Source: a virus (lineage: Duplodnaviria > Caudoviricetes). From it: a DNA stretch of 64,000 bases. The stretch lies in IMG/VR virus record IMGVR_UViG_3300047160_008180, positions 769 to 64,768 of that record; one strand, 5' to 3'. A program made the position numbers and the translations under genes. A model generated the notes under the pieces. The model saw nothing but the letters and a program-made list of their open reading frames with translations, had not been told where the DNA came from and ran no database searches. Position 1 is the first letter of the stretch, and each line of letters starts with the position of its first letter. This document shows positions 46,435 to 56,077 of this stretch, piece by piece.

Positions 46435-46776
46435 ATGGTGCAGTCCACGAACCACCGACTTGACCGCATTCTGCGCGAGGCCTCGATGAATACGCTGCCG
46501 ACTCCTGAACTCCCGAAGTACCTCTGCCACAAGGAGGTCCGTGCACTGAAAATCAAAGAGGTGCGCCGCGAGGGTGGCCAGTACTTGCTGCATTTCACCG
46601 AGGAAGGGTACCCACCCATCCGCGTTGAGACGGCCTGGGTCGACAAGTTCGGTCCCACCCGCGGCAGTTACTACGTCGTGTACAACGATGGGTATGCCAG
46701 CGTTAGCCCTGCGAAGGCGTTCGAGGAGGGCTACACCCGCGTGCAGGAGAAACTGCCGCACGGGACTTCCCTGTGA
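46435..46776 (+). CDS. Small conserved phage protein (YVVYxDGYxSxSPxxxFExGY family)
   Basis: LPKYLCHKEVRALKI...SYYVVYNDGYASVSPAKAFEEGYT. Confidence 0.7.
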   Translation: MVQSTNHRLDRILREASMNTLPTPELPKYLCHKEVRALKIKEVRREGGQYLLHFTEEGYPPIRVETAWVDKFGPTRGSYYVVYNDGYASVSPAKAFEEGYTRVQEKLPHGTSL

Positions 46777-47174
46777 ATCCGTTCAAGCGGTTGGTCCGTT
46801 GGGCGAGCGGGTGGGCGTGGGCGGAGGAGCTCGACGAGGGCGAGCATGCCATCGAGCACTTCACCTCAAACCGCCAGATCGCGGTTCTGAAGAGTCTGCA
46901 GCTCGGGCTCCTCGAGGATCTCTTCCGGGAGAAGCAGGGGAAGATCACGCGCCTGCAACAGTGCTACACCGAGAAAAAGCGCCCGCTGTACGAGGATTTA
47001 CGTAAGGAGAACCCTATCAAGGACGCTGAATCGCTGGCGCAGTCGATCAGCGCCCTGGCGCAGCGGGCTGAGGCGCACCGGGCGCGCACCGGTAAGCCGA
47101 TGCGCATCTCCGACGGCACCGTGCAGGGTGTGCCTGGTGATCAACCCAACGTGGAAACAGGGGACGGCTGGTGA
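46773..47174 (+). CDS. Hypothetical protein
   Basis: 133 aa, GTGA-coupled. Confidence 0.55.
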   Translation: MNPFKRLVRWASGWAWAEELDEGEHAIEHFTSNRQIAVLKSLQLGLLEDLFREKQGKITRLQQCYTEKKRPLYEDLRKENPIKDAESLAQSISALAQRAEAHRARTGKPMRISDGTVQGVPGDQPNVETGDGW

Positions 47175-47368
47175 ACTGGCAGCCCGGCGATCGCGTGGAG
47201 TGGGAGAGCACGAACAGCCGTTTCGTGTTCCGCGGCGTGATCGAGGGGTTTTACGGAGAAGGCCGCGCCATGTGCACCGACCAGTCTGGCCGCGGATCCC
47301 GCCCTGTGCGCACCACACGGCTGCGTCGGTCGACGGTCCCGCTTTGGCAAACTGGGAAGGTAGCGTAA
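47171..47368 (+). CDS. Small SH3/KOW-like protein
   Basis: WQPGDRVEW...FRGVIEG. Confidence 0.45.
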   Translation: MNWQPGDRVEWESTNSRFVFRGVIEGFYGEGRAMCTDQSGRGSRPVRTTRLRRSTVPLWQTGKVA

Positions 47369-47393
47369 TGCCTTGGTTCATGGCGGGTCACGC

Positions 47394-47804
47394 ATGATTC
47401 CAGGCGGCTACGGCTTCGAGGTGCTGCGATTCATGGATGAGGATATTCGCGACATCGTGCGCCTACCGAAGGATGTGCGCGTGGTGTGCGCACTCCCGCA
47501 CCTCGAGCACCGAGCAGGACCTGATTGCCCGCGGGAGTGGTACTCGCCCGGGCCGCGCGTACAACCGGTATATCTGCTCATATGTCACCGGTTCTGCGTG
47601 CGCGTGCCTCCAGGTGCTGCATACCAGTTCACGAACCTGGACGACTTCGTGAGCCGTTACTACTCCCTTGCGGAGGAGGAAAAACGCCCGCTAGAGCCGT
47701 GCGATGAGCACTACCAGCGTCCGCGAGAGGCTTGGCACTGTGGCGCCGACGGCGTGGCGCGTGAATACATTTGGCACCCCACCGGCGGCTGGGGACCAAA
47801 ATGA
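47394..47804 (+). CDS. Hypothetical protein
   Basis: ATG 47394. Confidence 0.5.
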   Translation: MIPGGYGFEVLRFMDEDIRDIVRLPKDVRVVCALPHLEHRAGPDCPREWYSPGPRVQPVYLLICHRFCVRVPPGAAYQFTNLDDFVSRYYSLAEEEKRPLEPCDEHYQRPREAWHCGADGVAREYIWHPTGGWGPK

Positions 47805-47946
47805 TTGAGGGTCGGCCGCAGAGATTGCTCCCGCCTGGTAGCCAGCGCAGGTTTCGGACACGGGTCGCCAAGCACCTGCCTTCGCCAGTGGTGCACGCAC
47901 CTCACGCGGGAACCCCTCTGCGCCCGACCCGCTTTAGGAGAACAGC

Positions 47947-48339
47947 ATGAACCGCCGCGGATTCATTTCACTGCTGGCCGGGAGTGCTGGGGCTGTATTG
48001 GTCCCCTGGCGCGGAGTGACGCAGCCGCTAATCTCGATCGCCAAGCCTGAGACGCTCATCGATCCCGGCCACTATCTCACCTCGAATACAGCCTGGTTCC
48101 TGAAGGTGCCGAACGGCGACTTCCGCACCGATAACCTGCGCTACATCCACCGGGAGCACTTCAGCAACCAGCTGCTCGCGCCGGCGGAGATGACGGAGCG
48201 CACCCTCGAGGGAATGCTGCGAGAGATTCAGAAGGAGATGAACCGCACCGGACGCCCGATTGCCATCCGTCCCACACACCTGATCGTGCACCCGTCCTGG
48301 ACGCCAGAGCTCGTGGAGGAAAGGTTGAAGCTGCTATGA
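47947..48339 (+). CDS. Twin-arginine-leader protein with capsid-like segments
   Basis: AGGAG RBS, MNRRGFISLLAG, HYLTSNTAWFLK, GRPIAIRPTHLIVHP. Confidence 0.75.
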   Translation: MNRRGFISLLAGSAGAVLVPWRGVTQPLISIAKPETLIDPGHYLTSNTAWFLKVPNGDFRTDNLRYIHREHFSNQLLAPAEMTERTLEGMLREIQKEMNRTGRPIAIRPTHLIVHPSWTPELVEERLKLL

Positions 48340-48689
48340 ACCGTCGAGACTTGTTCAAAACTCTGGCCGCGGTACCCGTTGCCGCCGCCGTGACCCCATT
48401 GGTGGTTGCCGATGATGGCGTAGCGCTCACCTCGGCTGCTCATCCGTGCGCCCCGGTGGCACCTGAAGATGTTCCGATCGCGTGCGAGTTGTCTCCAGGG
48501 AGCTTTGAGATCCTGCAGCTCGACCTGCCGGCGCACGAATGGGATATCTATAGCAACAGGTGCGTTCACTGCGGAGCGGCAGCGCAGTACGTCGAGGACA
48601 ACCTGCAGGCGCTCGTGTGCTGGGGGCACAAAGCCGCCAAACGCCTCCCGGCAGTGGGTGATTGGCTGTGGATCGATCCCTGGGTATGA
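48336..48689 (+). CDS. Second twin-arginine-leader protein with a capsid-like motif
   Basis: MNRRDLFKTLAAVPVAAAV, DDGVALTSAAHP, CVHC. Confidence 0.7.
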   Translation: MNRRDLFKTLAAVPVAAAVTPLVVADDGVALTSAAHPCAPVAPEDVPIACELSPGSFEILQLDLPAHEWDIYSNRCVHCGAAAQYVEDNLQALVCWGHKAAKRLPAVGDWLWIDPWV

Positions 48690-48961
48690 ACCACGAGACC
48701 CGCAAGCTCATCGAGCACTCGATGCGCAAATGCAAACCGGTCGAGCGCTGGGGCCCGTATTCCGTGGTCCCGCCGATCTACGACCGAGATGGCCGAATCA
48801 GCTACGTGCATGAGGTGTATCCGGTTGCGCGCGGGTGGATTCGCAACGATGATGGAACTACGCGGCCGGCAACGTCCGAGGAACTCGAGGTGATCAGCCG
48901 CTCCACCAGTGTGTATCTCACGAAGTCTTTCGAGGGACTGGCGGATTGGGAGGGTTGCTGA
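48686..48961 (+). CDS. Hypothetical protein
   Basis: ATGA-coupled ATG at 48686. Confidence 0.5.
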   Translation: MNHETRKLIEHSMRKCKPVERWGPYSVVPPIYDRDGRISYVHEVYPVARGWIRNDDGTTRPATSEELEVISRSTSVYLTKSFEGLADWEGC

Positions 48962-49155
48962 TGGACACCAAAGAGCTAGAACGGGCCCGTGAACTCATCG
49001 AGAGCCTGCAGCAGGATGTCAAAGACGGCGTCTATTTCGAGATCGACTCAACCGATGGCGCAATACTCGCCCGGTACATCCATGAACTCGAAACTTCCCT
49101 GCTGCGTCACGCTCGCTACCAGCCAGATGTGATGGCGCTCATGCCTGCCATGTAA
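48961..49155 (+). CDS. Hypothetical protein
   Basis: GGAGG RBS, MDTKELERARELIESL. Confidence 0.5.
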   Translation: MDTKELERARELIESLQQDVKDGVYFEIDSTDGAILARYIHELETSLLRHARYQPDVMALMPAM

Positions 49156-49158
49156 AGC

Positions 49159-49395
49159 ATGCTTCTGCGCGCCCTCACAGAGAAATATTCGCGCCCCCAC
49201 ATACGGCGCTTACGCATGTTGGCGGGTGACGCTGCATGGTACGAATGCCGAGATCACGAGGGCCATCGAGGCGCCGGTAAAACCGTCGACCGCGCTTACG
49301 ACTCATGGGTAGTCGACGTGCAATTCCATCGATGTGCGCTTGGATTCTTCCCAGCCCCACTGCGACACCCGTCCACTATCTGGGCCGCTAAGTAG
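49159..49395 (+). CDS. Hypothetical protein
   Basis: 78 aa. Confidence 0.4.
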   Translation: MLLRALTEKYSRPHIRRLRMLAGDAAWYECRDHEGHRGAGKTVDRAYDSWVVDVQFHRCALGFFPAPLRHPSTIWAAK

Positions 49396-49492
49396 CGCAT
49401 CCGCCCACCGCCGACATAGAATCCGCCGCACACGTGGTCCGTCCTGGTGACCCGCCACACAAAACACCAAGGTCATTGGACCGAGGACACGT

Positions 49493-52177
49493 GTGGCATC
49501 CCGCGAAGTTATCGAGCTCCGACCACAGCACCCCGTCAAATTCACAGACGCTGGGGCTGAATTCACCCAGCACCCCGACGGCACCGAGATGGTCAGCCTG
49601 TTCGGGCCGGATGACGACAACCAGATCACTGGGATCCAGCACGACGCCTCGAACGCCTCCCAGTTCGGCAGCTCTGGCACGACATTCGCCGAGAACCTCG
49701 CCGAGTACATGTCGACGAGCCAGCGCAATTACCTCGCCCAACGCCTGACCGAGTACCACCGCGTCGACCTCGACTCCCGCAAGGACTGGGAGAACCTCAC
49801 CAAGAGCGCGCTTTCCCTGCTGGGCATCGAGAAGCTCGAGATGTCCCGCCTCCCGTTCCCAGGGGCGGCGTCTATGCAGTACCCGGTCATCGCCGAGGCC
49901 TGCGTCCAGTTCAACTCGAACGCCATCCAGGAATTCTTCCCGCCCACCGGCCCGGTGAAGGGCGACCCCCTGGGCGATGTCACCGAGGACATCGAAGACA
50001 GCGCCGAGCGTGCGGCGCAGTACATGAACTATTACCTGACGGTCGTGGACACCGGCTACTACGCCGATAAAGACCAAGCGCTGTTCTACCTCCCGACCGC
50101 CGGGAGCCTGTTCAGCAAGACCTGGCTGGACCCCCGCGACCAGATGCCCAGAGCCCGCTACGTGAAGGCTGAGGACTTCGTAGCCCCATACTTTGCCCGC
50201 GACCTCGAAAACTGCTCTCGGTACTGCCACCAGTACCAGATGACCAAGTCCGAGATTGCGAAGGGCATGGCCCTGGGTGAGTTCATCGAGGTGAACCTGC
50301 CACGGCCGCCCCTGAACGCCGAGGACGAGCACTACCGCGGCCAGAAAATCGACGACATCTCCGACCGTCGTGTGCGTTCGCTGCACGATGAGGACGAATT
50401 GTTCGACGTTCTCGAGTACCACATCGACCTGAACCTGCCGCAGGGTGTCGATGAGCTCGATGAAGGGGGCCTCGAGCTCCCGTACATCGTGATCTGTGAC
50501 AAGACCAGCCAGGAGATCCTGGCGGTGCGCCGCAACTGGCGGCAGACGGACCCGTTGCGCAAGAAGCGCGTGTGGTTCGCGCACTACAAGTTCCTGCCAG
50601 GGTTGGGCTTTTACGGCTGGGGCTTCCTGCACGTCATCGGCTCGCTCGCTGAAGCGATTGGCGGAAGCGCCCGGGCCCTTCTGGATAGCGCGCTCATGGC
50701 GACCGTCCAGGGGGGATTCCGCGCAAAGGACGGTGCGAAGAAGGGCGGCAGCCTGGCCGTGCAGCCCGGCAAGTGGATTGATATCGACGCCTCCGCCGAG
50801 GAACTGGCGAAGACCTTCTACACGCCCCCGAACCGTGAACCGTCTCCGGCCCTGGTGCAGTTGTTCCAGGCGATGGTTTCGGATGCGCGACGGTTTGCCT
50901 CGCTCACCGAGGTATTGGTCGGGCAAGCGGACAATAAGGCCCCGGTCGGCACCACCCTGGCGCTGATCGAACAGTCGATGAAGCTTTTCACCGCGGTGCA
51001 TAAGCGCATCTTCGCGGCGGCGCGCGAAGAGTTCCGCATGCTGCGCGAGCTCATTCACGACTTCAGCCCGAATGCGGCCTACCCGTACCACCTCGACGGA
51101 CGGGCGCAGCAGGCGATGAAGGCCGACTTTGCCGACCACGTCTCGTTTGTCCCGGTGGCGGATCCGAACATCATCTCGGACGTGCAGCGCATTGCCATGG
51201 CGCAGGCCGTCCTGGAACTCGTGGAGAAGGCGCCGCAACTGTACGGGCCCGAGAAGACCATCGAGGCGCACGTGCGCTTCCTGAAGGCGCTCAAGGTCCC
51301 GGACTGGCAGAAACTGGCGCCGAGCATGCCGCAGCCGACCTACATGGACCCGGTGGGCGAGAACATGCTCATGATGACCGGCAAGGCGGTTCGAGCTTTC
51401 CCAGGGCAGCGGCACGATCTGCACAACCTGCTCCACGACCGTCAGGACCAGATTGCGCAGAACACGCTGCCTCCGGACCAGTACCAGGTGGTGCACTCCG
51501 CGCTCATGGCGCACATCCGCGAGCACCTGGCGCTCCAGCAGTTCGAGCAGGTCTCTGCCGGCATGAAGACCAGCCACGGCATCCCGCTGCCGCCCACGGA
51601 CCTGTACGGCGACAACCAGCCAATGGATCCGAAGGTCGAGATGGCCGTGAGCATCCTGGCCGCGCAGAACCTGCCGCCGGTACCGCCGCCGGTTCCTGGT
51701 TCGCAGGCATCTACGCAGGCCGGTGGGCCGCCGTCGGGTCAGGCACCTCCGCAGGTCGAAGCGCAGGCCCAGATTGCCGCCGACCAGGCGAAGACCGCGG
51801 CCGGCATCAAGAACAAGGAAGCGGAAACGCAGGCGCGGATACAGCGCGACACCCACACATTCGTCGCGAAGCACAAGCAGAAGGAGCTCGAGCACGAGCA
51901 GCGGCTGCGTCAGATCGAGGAAGAGCACCGCGTCCGCATGCGCCAGATCGACGAGGAGACCTCGGCGAGCATCCTGCGCAAGCACGCCGACGGCTTGGTG
52001 CAGCACCGCCACAAGCAGGCAGCCCACACCCAGTCGATGCTGCAGGCGGTAGACACCCACCGGCAGGGCTTGAAGCATTCCCGTGCTGAAGCGCAGGAGT
52101 CGCTGCTGGCCAAGAAGACAGCCCGGCGCACGATGGCGAAACAGGCGGCGAAGCGGCCGCTGAAGAAGGCGGCGTGA
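49493..52177 (+). CDS. Portal protein
   Basis: FAENLAEYM...DLDSRKDWE...LLG...PFPGA...YPVIAEACVQFNSNAIQEFFPPTGPVK, YKFLPGLGFYGWG. Follows terL. Confidence 0.88.
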   Translation: MASREVIELRPQHPVKFTDAGAEFTQHPDGTEMVSLFGPDDDNQITGIQHDASNASQFGSSGTTFAENLAEYMSTSQRNYLAQRLTEYHRVDLDSRKDWENLTKSALSLLGIEKLEMSRLPFPGAASMQYPVIAEACVQFNSNAIQEFFPPTGPVKGDPLGDVTEDIEDSAERAAQYMNYYLTVVDTGYYADKDQALFYLPTAGSLFSKTWLDPRDQMPRARYVKAEDFVAPYFARDLENCSRYCHQYQMTKSEIAKGMALGEFIEVNLPRPPLNAEDEHYRGQKIDDISDRRVRSLHDEDELFDVLEYHIDLNLPQGVDELDEGGLELPYIVICDKTSQEILAVRRNWRQTDPLRKKRVWFAHYKFLPGLGFYGWGFLHVIGSLAEAIGGSARALLDSALMATVQGGFRAKDGAKKGGSLAVQPGKWIDIDASAEELAKTFYTPPNREPSPALVQLFQAMVSDARRFASLTEVLVGQADNKAPVGTTLALIEQSMKLFTAVHKRIFAAAREEFRMLRELIHDFSPNAAYPYHLDGRAQQAMKADFADHVSFVPVADPNIISDVQRIAMAQAVLELVEKAPQLYGPEKTIEAHVRFLKALKVPDWQKLAPSMPQPTYMDPVGENMLMMTGKAVRAFPGQRHDLHNLLHDRQDQIAQNTLPPDQYQVVHSALMAHIREHLALQQFEQVSAGMKTSHGIPLPPTDLYGDNQPMDPKVEMAVSILAAQNLPPVPPPVPGSQASTQAGGPPSGQAPPQVEAQAQIAADQAKTAAGIKNKEAETQARIQRDTHTFVAKHKQKELEHEQRLRQIEEEHRVRMRQIDEETSASILRKHADGLVQHRHKQAAHTQSMLQAVDTHRQGLKHSRAEAQESLLAKKTARRTMAKQAAKRPLKKAA

Positions 52178-52431
52178 CCAATCCGGCACGAGGAATGATT
52201 TTCGCAGCCGCCACACAAGCGGCGGCGGACTCGTTATGGACCGACCTTGAGGATAACGACAGGTACGTGGTTTACGCGGTCCATGTCTATCGCAATGGCA
52301 GGCCTGCGCCTTCGCCGGTGTGCTGGTTGGTGCTGCCGGAGAATATGCAACCGAGGGTGACCGAACTTCGGGGCGGTACCGGAGACGGCGATGTCAATCC
52401 ACTCGCGCCTGCGATCACGAGGATACCGTGA
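52174..52431 (+). CDS. Hypothetical protein
   Basis: GTGA-coupled. Confidence 0.45.
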   Translation: MTNPARGMIFAAATQAAADSLWTDLEDNDRYVVYAVHVYRNGRPAPSPVCWLVLPENMQPRVTELRGGTGDGDVNPLAPAITRIP

Positions 52432-52655
52432 AGCACAAAGCCACGCCCCAACAGGCGCGCTCGTATCTGTTCCAGCGCCATCCGAACGGCTTCGGCATCT
52501 CGCCGGCCAAGTTCGCCGCAGCCGCCAACGAGCAGGGCACCAGTTTCGACCACCTCATCCAGTTCATCTCGAGGCTGTATGCGGGCGGGTCGCAGCAGTC
52601 CACGTTCCGCGGCGAGGACATCTCTGCCGCCGCGGCCGGCGGAGGTGGCCAGTGA
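52428..52655 (+). CDS. Hypothetical protein
   Basis: GAGGA RBS plus GTG, MKHKATPQQARSYLF. Confidence 0.5.
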   Translation: MKHKATPQQARSYLFQRHPNGFGISPAKFAAAANEQGTSFDHLIQFISRLYAGGSQQSTFRGEDISAAAAGGGGQ

Positions 52656-52861
52656 GTAAAGGACCGACCGAGACATGGGTTCAGCACGGGGAGACGCCGA
52701 AGGCGATTGCAGACTTCGAGCGCCATGACGCGCTTATCCGTCAGGGCATGTGTCCGAACGGCTGCGGGCTACTCACTGAGATGGGTAGCGCTGAATTCAT
52801 CCAGAGCTGCGGCACCTGCGGCTTTTTCACCAACGTTAAACCCGAGGTAACCAGGCAATGA
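52652..52861 (+). CDS. Small zinc-ribbon protein
   Basis: GGAGG RBS, CPNGCG...CGTCG. Confidence 0.5.
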   Translation: MSKGPTETWVQHGETPKAIADFERHDALIRQGMCPNGCGLLTEMGSAEFIQSCGTCGFFTNVKPEVTRQ

Positions 52862-53268
52862 CGCGAGCGAACACCGAGCGGCCGCACACCAGCGGGCGCA
52901 CCTCTCATCCCAAGGCCGGCGGCGAGCACAGCGATGCGCTCGAGCACGGCATGCCCACCGACCGGCATAGCGCTGGCGCAGGCACCGCGAATGCGGGCAC
53001 TGGCGTGAAGCCGTCCTCGAGCCCGAATCACCTCGAGCACGCGGACTACCCGGAGCCTGGTGAGCAGACCGCCGGCGGCGGTGGCCACAATCACCGGATC
53101 CTGCCCACACCCTCGAAAGAGGCGGCGGGCCCGATCGGTGACCGCAGTGTCGGCAATGCGAGCGGTGTCATCGGTGGCGGCCGCGGCTCGAGCGGCAAGT
53201 TCCGCGGGACCATGGGCGACGGCGCAGGCCCGGGCGAGCCGAAGTACAAGGGCACCATGGGCTGCTGA
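52858..53268 (+). CDS. His/Gly-rich disordered protein
   Basis: 136 aa, low complexity. Confidence 0.55.
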   Translation: MTRANTERPHTSGRTSHPKAGGEHSDALEHGMPTDRHSAGAGTANAGTGVKPSSSPNHLEHADYPEPGEQTAGGGGHNHRILPTPSKEAAGPIGDRSVGNASGVIGGGRGSSGKFRGTMGDGAGPGEPKYKGTMGC

Positions 53269-53588
53269 TGAGCGTCTCTGACCTTCCGCTCCACGTTCAA
53301 ATGCTCATGGCGCTGCGTTCGCAGGTGAAGAAGCGCCAGACAGAGCTCGAGGCACGCACGGGTGCAGGACTCGAGGACCGCGACTACCAGCGGCACGTGG
53401 GGCGGATAGCAGAGTGCAAAGTCCAGGTCGAGGCGATTACGCAGATGATGCGGGCCGACCTCGATGACGTAGGCGATTACTTGGAGGCAGAAACACGTGA
53501 ACTCGAAAGCGCCCAGCGCGCTACGCAGAGCGATCGACGCGGTAAACGACGCCCAGTTGCTCCAGCCAATCACGGACGCGGAGCTTGA
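53268..53588 (+). CDS. Hypothetical protein (head module)
   Basis: GLEDRDYQRHVGRIAEC. Confidence 0.55.
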   Translation: MSVSDLPLHVQMLMALRSQVKKRQTELEARTGAGLEDRDYQRHVGRIAECKVQVEAITQMMRADLDDVGDYLEAETRELESAQRATQSDRRGKRRPVAPANHGRGA

Positions 53589-53934
53589 GGCACTGGGAGA
53601 TGTCTCCCTGTGGCGCATCGTGGTCGAGCCGTACATCCCGAAGCAGCGTGGGCTGATCGCCCGACCGCCGTCGGTGGATGAGGCGGAGCGCGTTGTGTCG
53701 AAGGTAGGGCGCATCGTCCAGGTGGGCGAGTTCGCGTACCAGTCGAAGACCACATCGGGCCTGGACCTGTCCAAGGCGCGCGTCCGCGCTGAGGTGGGCG
53801 AGTACTGGCTGTTCGAGATGTACGCCGGGCAGGAGATTCACCTGCGCAGCGGGCACATCCTGCGGCTGCTCACCGACACCGAGCTCCTGTTTCGGGTCAA
53901 GGATCCGGATCTCCTCAAGGGTTACGCCGAGTAA
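53497..53934 (+). CDS. GroES-like co-chaperonin
   Basis: WRIVVEP...GLIARP...VGRIVQVGEFAY...VGEYWLFEMYAG...LRLLTDTELL. Confidence 0.75.
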   Translation: MNSKAPSALRRAIDAVNDAQLLQPITDAELEALGDVSLWRIVVEPYIPKQRGLIARPPSVDEAERVVSKVGRIVQVGEFAYQSKTTSGLDLSKARVRAEVGEYWLFEMYAGQEIHLRSGHILRLLTDTELLFRVKDPDLLKGYAE

Positions 53935-53972
53935 CCACCAACACACGGCGCACGCGCCGGGGGTATTGATCG

Positions 53973-55337
53973 ATGGCAAAGGCACGCAGAAACATTAAGA
54001 CGCATCCCAAACCGCGGGACCAGGCGGATGACCCGTTCATTCCACCGGACCGGCAGGACCAGTTCCCTGGTGCCGAGACCGGGGGTACCGAGGTGGTCGA
54101 CATCTTCGGGTCAGACGAGACGGTCGACACTGGAGTGCAAACCGGTGGGGACGATGACGCACCGGTGGACCTCAACAGCGCCGCGGAGGGTGATGCCCGC
54201 GCGATGGCTTCCGAAGGTGGTGGCGATGACGGTTCTAATGCTGGGGGACGGCAGGCAGGCGATGTTTCTGCTCGTCGCGGCGGTGATCGCTCGCCTCGAT
54301 CTCGAGGAGGTGACCCCGACGAAGGTGATGAGCCATATAGCGCCCGAGTTCGAAAGCGAATCGCTCGAGAGCGCACTCTCGTCAATCGCGAGCGGACACT
54401 GCGAGAGCAGACGCAGCGCGAACTCACCGATGAACGCGCTGCTCGTGTGGCCCAGGATGAGCGAATCGCGAAATTGGAGCGCGCACAGACCCAAATCGCA
54501 GGCGACGCTGGAGTCAAAGAGCTCGAGGCGAAGATCGCAGCCCTGCGGCCCCAGATTCACGCGGCCATGGAAGCGGGAGAGACCGCGAAAACGCTCGAGC
54601 TGAACGAGAAGCTCAGCGACCTCAAGGCTGAACTGCAGGTCCTCAAGTACGACCTGACCCAGCGCCAGAAGGCTGCTGAGGCCGCCGCCGCGAGCAAGCG
54701 CACTACCGCGGCCGCTGCTGCCACGGGTGACAACACATCCGAGACGGACCCGCGGGTAGCGGAGCTCGCCCTGCAGTTCCAGAAGATGAACCGGCACTGG
54801 TGGAACCGTTCGGCGAACAAGGCAGCGCGCGAGGATGCCATCACCATCGACCGGGAGATCCTGGGAGACATTAGCGCCGGGGAGCTCGACTTCGAGCCGT
54901 ACTCGGACGAGCACTGGGAAGAGCTCGCGCACCGCTTGCACGAGACCTACCCAGACCTAGAGATCCAGGACCTGGACGGTCAGCCCTACACCTTCGAAGA
55001 GGACGAGGCAGGAGACATGAACGACACGGCAAGCCGTCGCAACGGCGGCAACAACGGCCGCCAGCAGCACAACGGCGGCCAGCAGCAACAGCAGAGCGCT
55101 CGAGGTGGCCGAGGCGCCGCCCCGGTCAACCGCATGGGACAGGGTGGCCGCCGAGGGCCCGACCTGGTCGAGAACGCGCGGCGTGGCAAGGTCGAGATTG
55201 ATGACGACCTGCGCAACACGATGCGCATCTTCAAGGTCGATCCCAACGACCCGAATGCCAAGAAGTATTTCGCCCGTGAACGGGCCCGCACCATCCTGTC
55301 CGGTCAGGACGAGAAGTACGGCGGAGGTAGCCGCTAA
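53973..55337 (+). CDS. Scaffolding-like protein
   Basis: Acidic N-terminus and long coiled coil (YSARVRKRIARE), between portal and capsid. Confidence 0.65.
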   Translation: MAKARRNIKTHPKPRDQADDPFIPPDRQDQFPGAETGGTEVVDIFGSDETVDTGVQTGGDDDAPVDLNSAAEGDARAMASEGGGDDGSNAGGRQAGDVSARRGGDRSPRSRGGDPDEGDEPYSARVRKRIARERTLVNRERTLREQTQRELTDERAARVAQDERIAKLERAQTQIAGDAGVKELEAKIAALRPQIHAAMEAGETAKTLELNEKLSDLKAELQVLKYDLTQRQKAAEAAAASKRTTAAAAATGDNTSETDPRVAELALQFQKMNRHWWNRSANKAAREDAITIDREILGDISAGELDFEPYSDEHWEELAHRLHETYPDLEIQDLDGQPYTFEEDEAGDMNDTASRRNGGNNGRQQHNGGQQQQQSARGGRGAAPVNRMGQGGRRGPDLVENARRGKVEIDDDLRNTMRIFKVDPNDPNAKKYFARERARTILSGQDEKYGGGSR

Positions 55338-56077
55338 TGAAAGCCAAACGGGTTTCCGTGGCCCCGGACGATGACAGCATCCCGCAATCTGCAGTCCGGG
55401 CCTCGCAGCAGCGCATCCGTGGGGATGCCGTTTCGGATGAGATCATTGCAGCCAGCGTCACGCGCGCCGAGAAGGCGAAAGCCCGTGCGCAGACCGTTCG
55501 CCGCGAGAAGATCACACCCGCCCGCAAACAGACACACGCTGTGCACACCGATGACGTGCACACCGACGATGAATCCGCCCGTCAGGTCGATGCGCGAACC
55601 GAAATCGACCGTGACAGTGAGGTGCCGACCTCGTGGCGCCTACCCTCGAGACTGGATGCCCCCCCTCCACGGGCTGGCTTCCGTAACCGGTGGGTACGCT
55701 TCCGAGCCGGCAATGATGAAGACGCCGAGCACTTCGAAGAAAAGCTCGAGGAGGGGTGGCGCCCTGTCAAGCGATCGCGCGCTCGACGGGTGCATGAACT
55801 CACGGCCACCACCCATGGGAAGTACGGGCAGTACTACGTGAAGCGCGGCTTGATCCTGATGGAGATCCCGGAGGCGCTGGAGATCCAGCGAGACCGGTAT
55901 TTCAAGCAGGTGCAAAGGGATATGAACCGCGGCGTCGACCGGAACCTGTTCAAGATCAACCACCGAGTCATGCCACTGCTGCAGCCCGAGCGTAAGTCTC
56001 GGGTGACCACAGTCGCGCGTCGCGGCCGGTTGGACGATGCAGTACCGGGCGATGAGGCGGAGGCAGGGGCGGACTAG
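55337..56077 (+). CDS. Conserved head-module protein
   Basis: WRLPSRLDAPPPRAGFRNRWVR...LEEGWRPV. Confidence 0.6.
   Translation: MKAKRVSVAPDDDSIPQSAVRASQQRIRGDAVSDEIIAASVTRAEKAKARAQTVRREKITPARKQTHAVHTDDVHTDDESARQVDARTEIDRDSEVPTSWRLPSRLDAPPPRAGFRNRWVRFRAGNDEDAEHFEEKLEEGWRPVKRSRARRVHELTATTHGKYGQYYVKRGLILMEIPEALEIQRDRYFKQVQRDMNRGVDRNLFKINHRVMPLLQPERKSRVTTVARRGRLDDAVPGDEAEAGAD

Noticed and set aside
49388-52216. 942-aa minus-strand ORF opposite the portal
   Set aside because: Antisense shadow of a GC-rich gene with no recognisable motifs, unlike the HNH at 11609.
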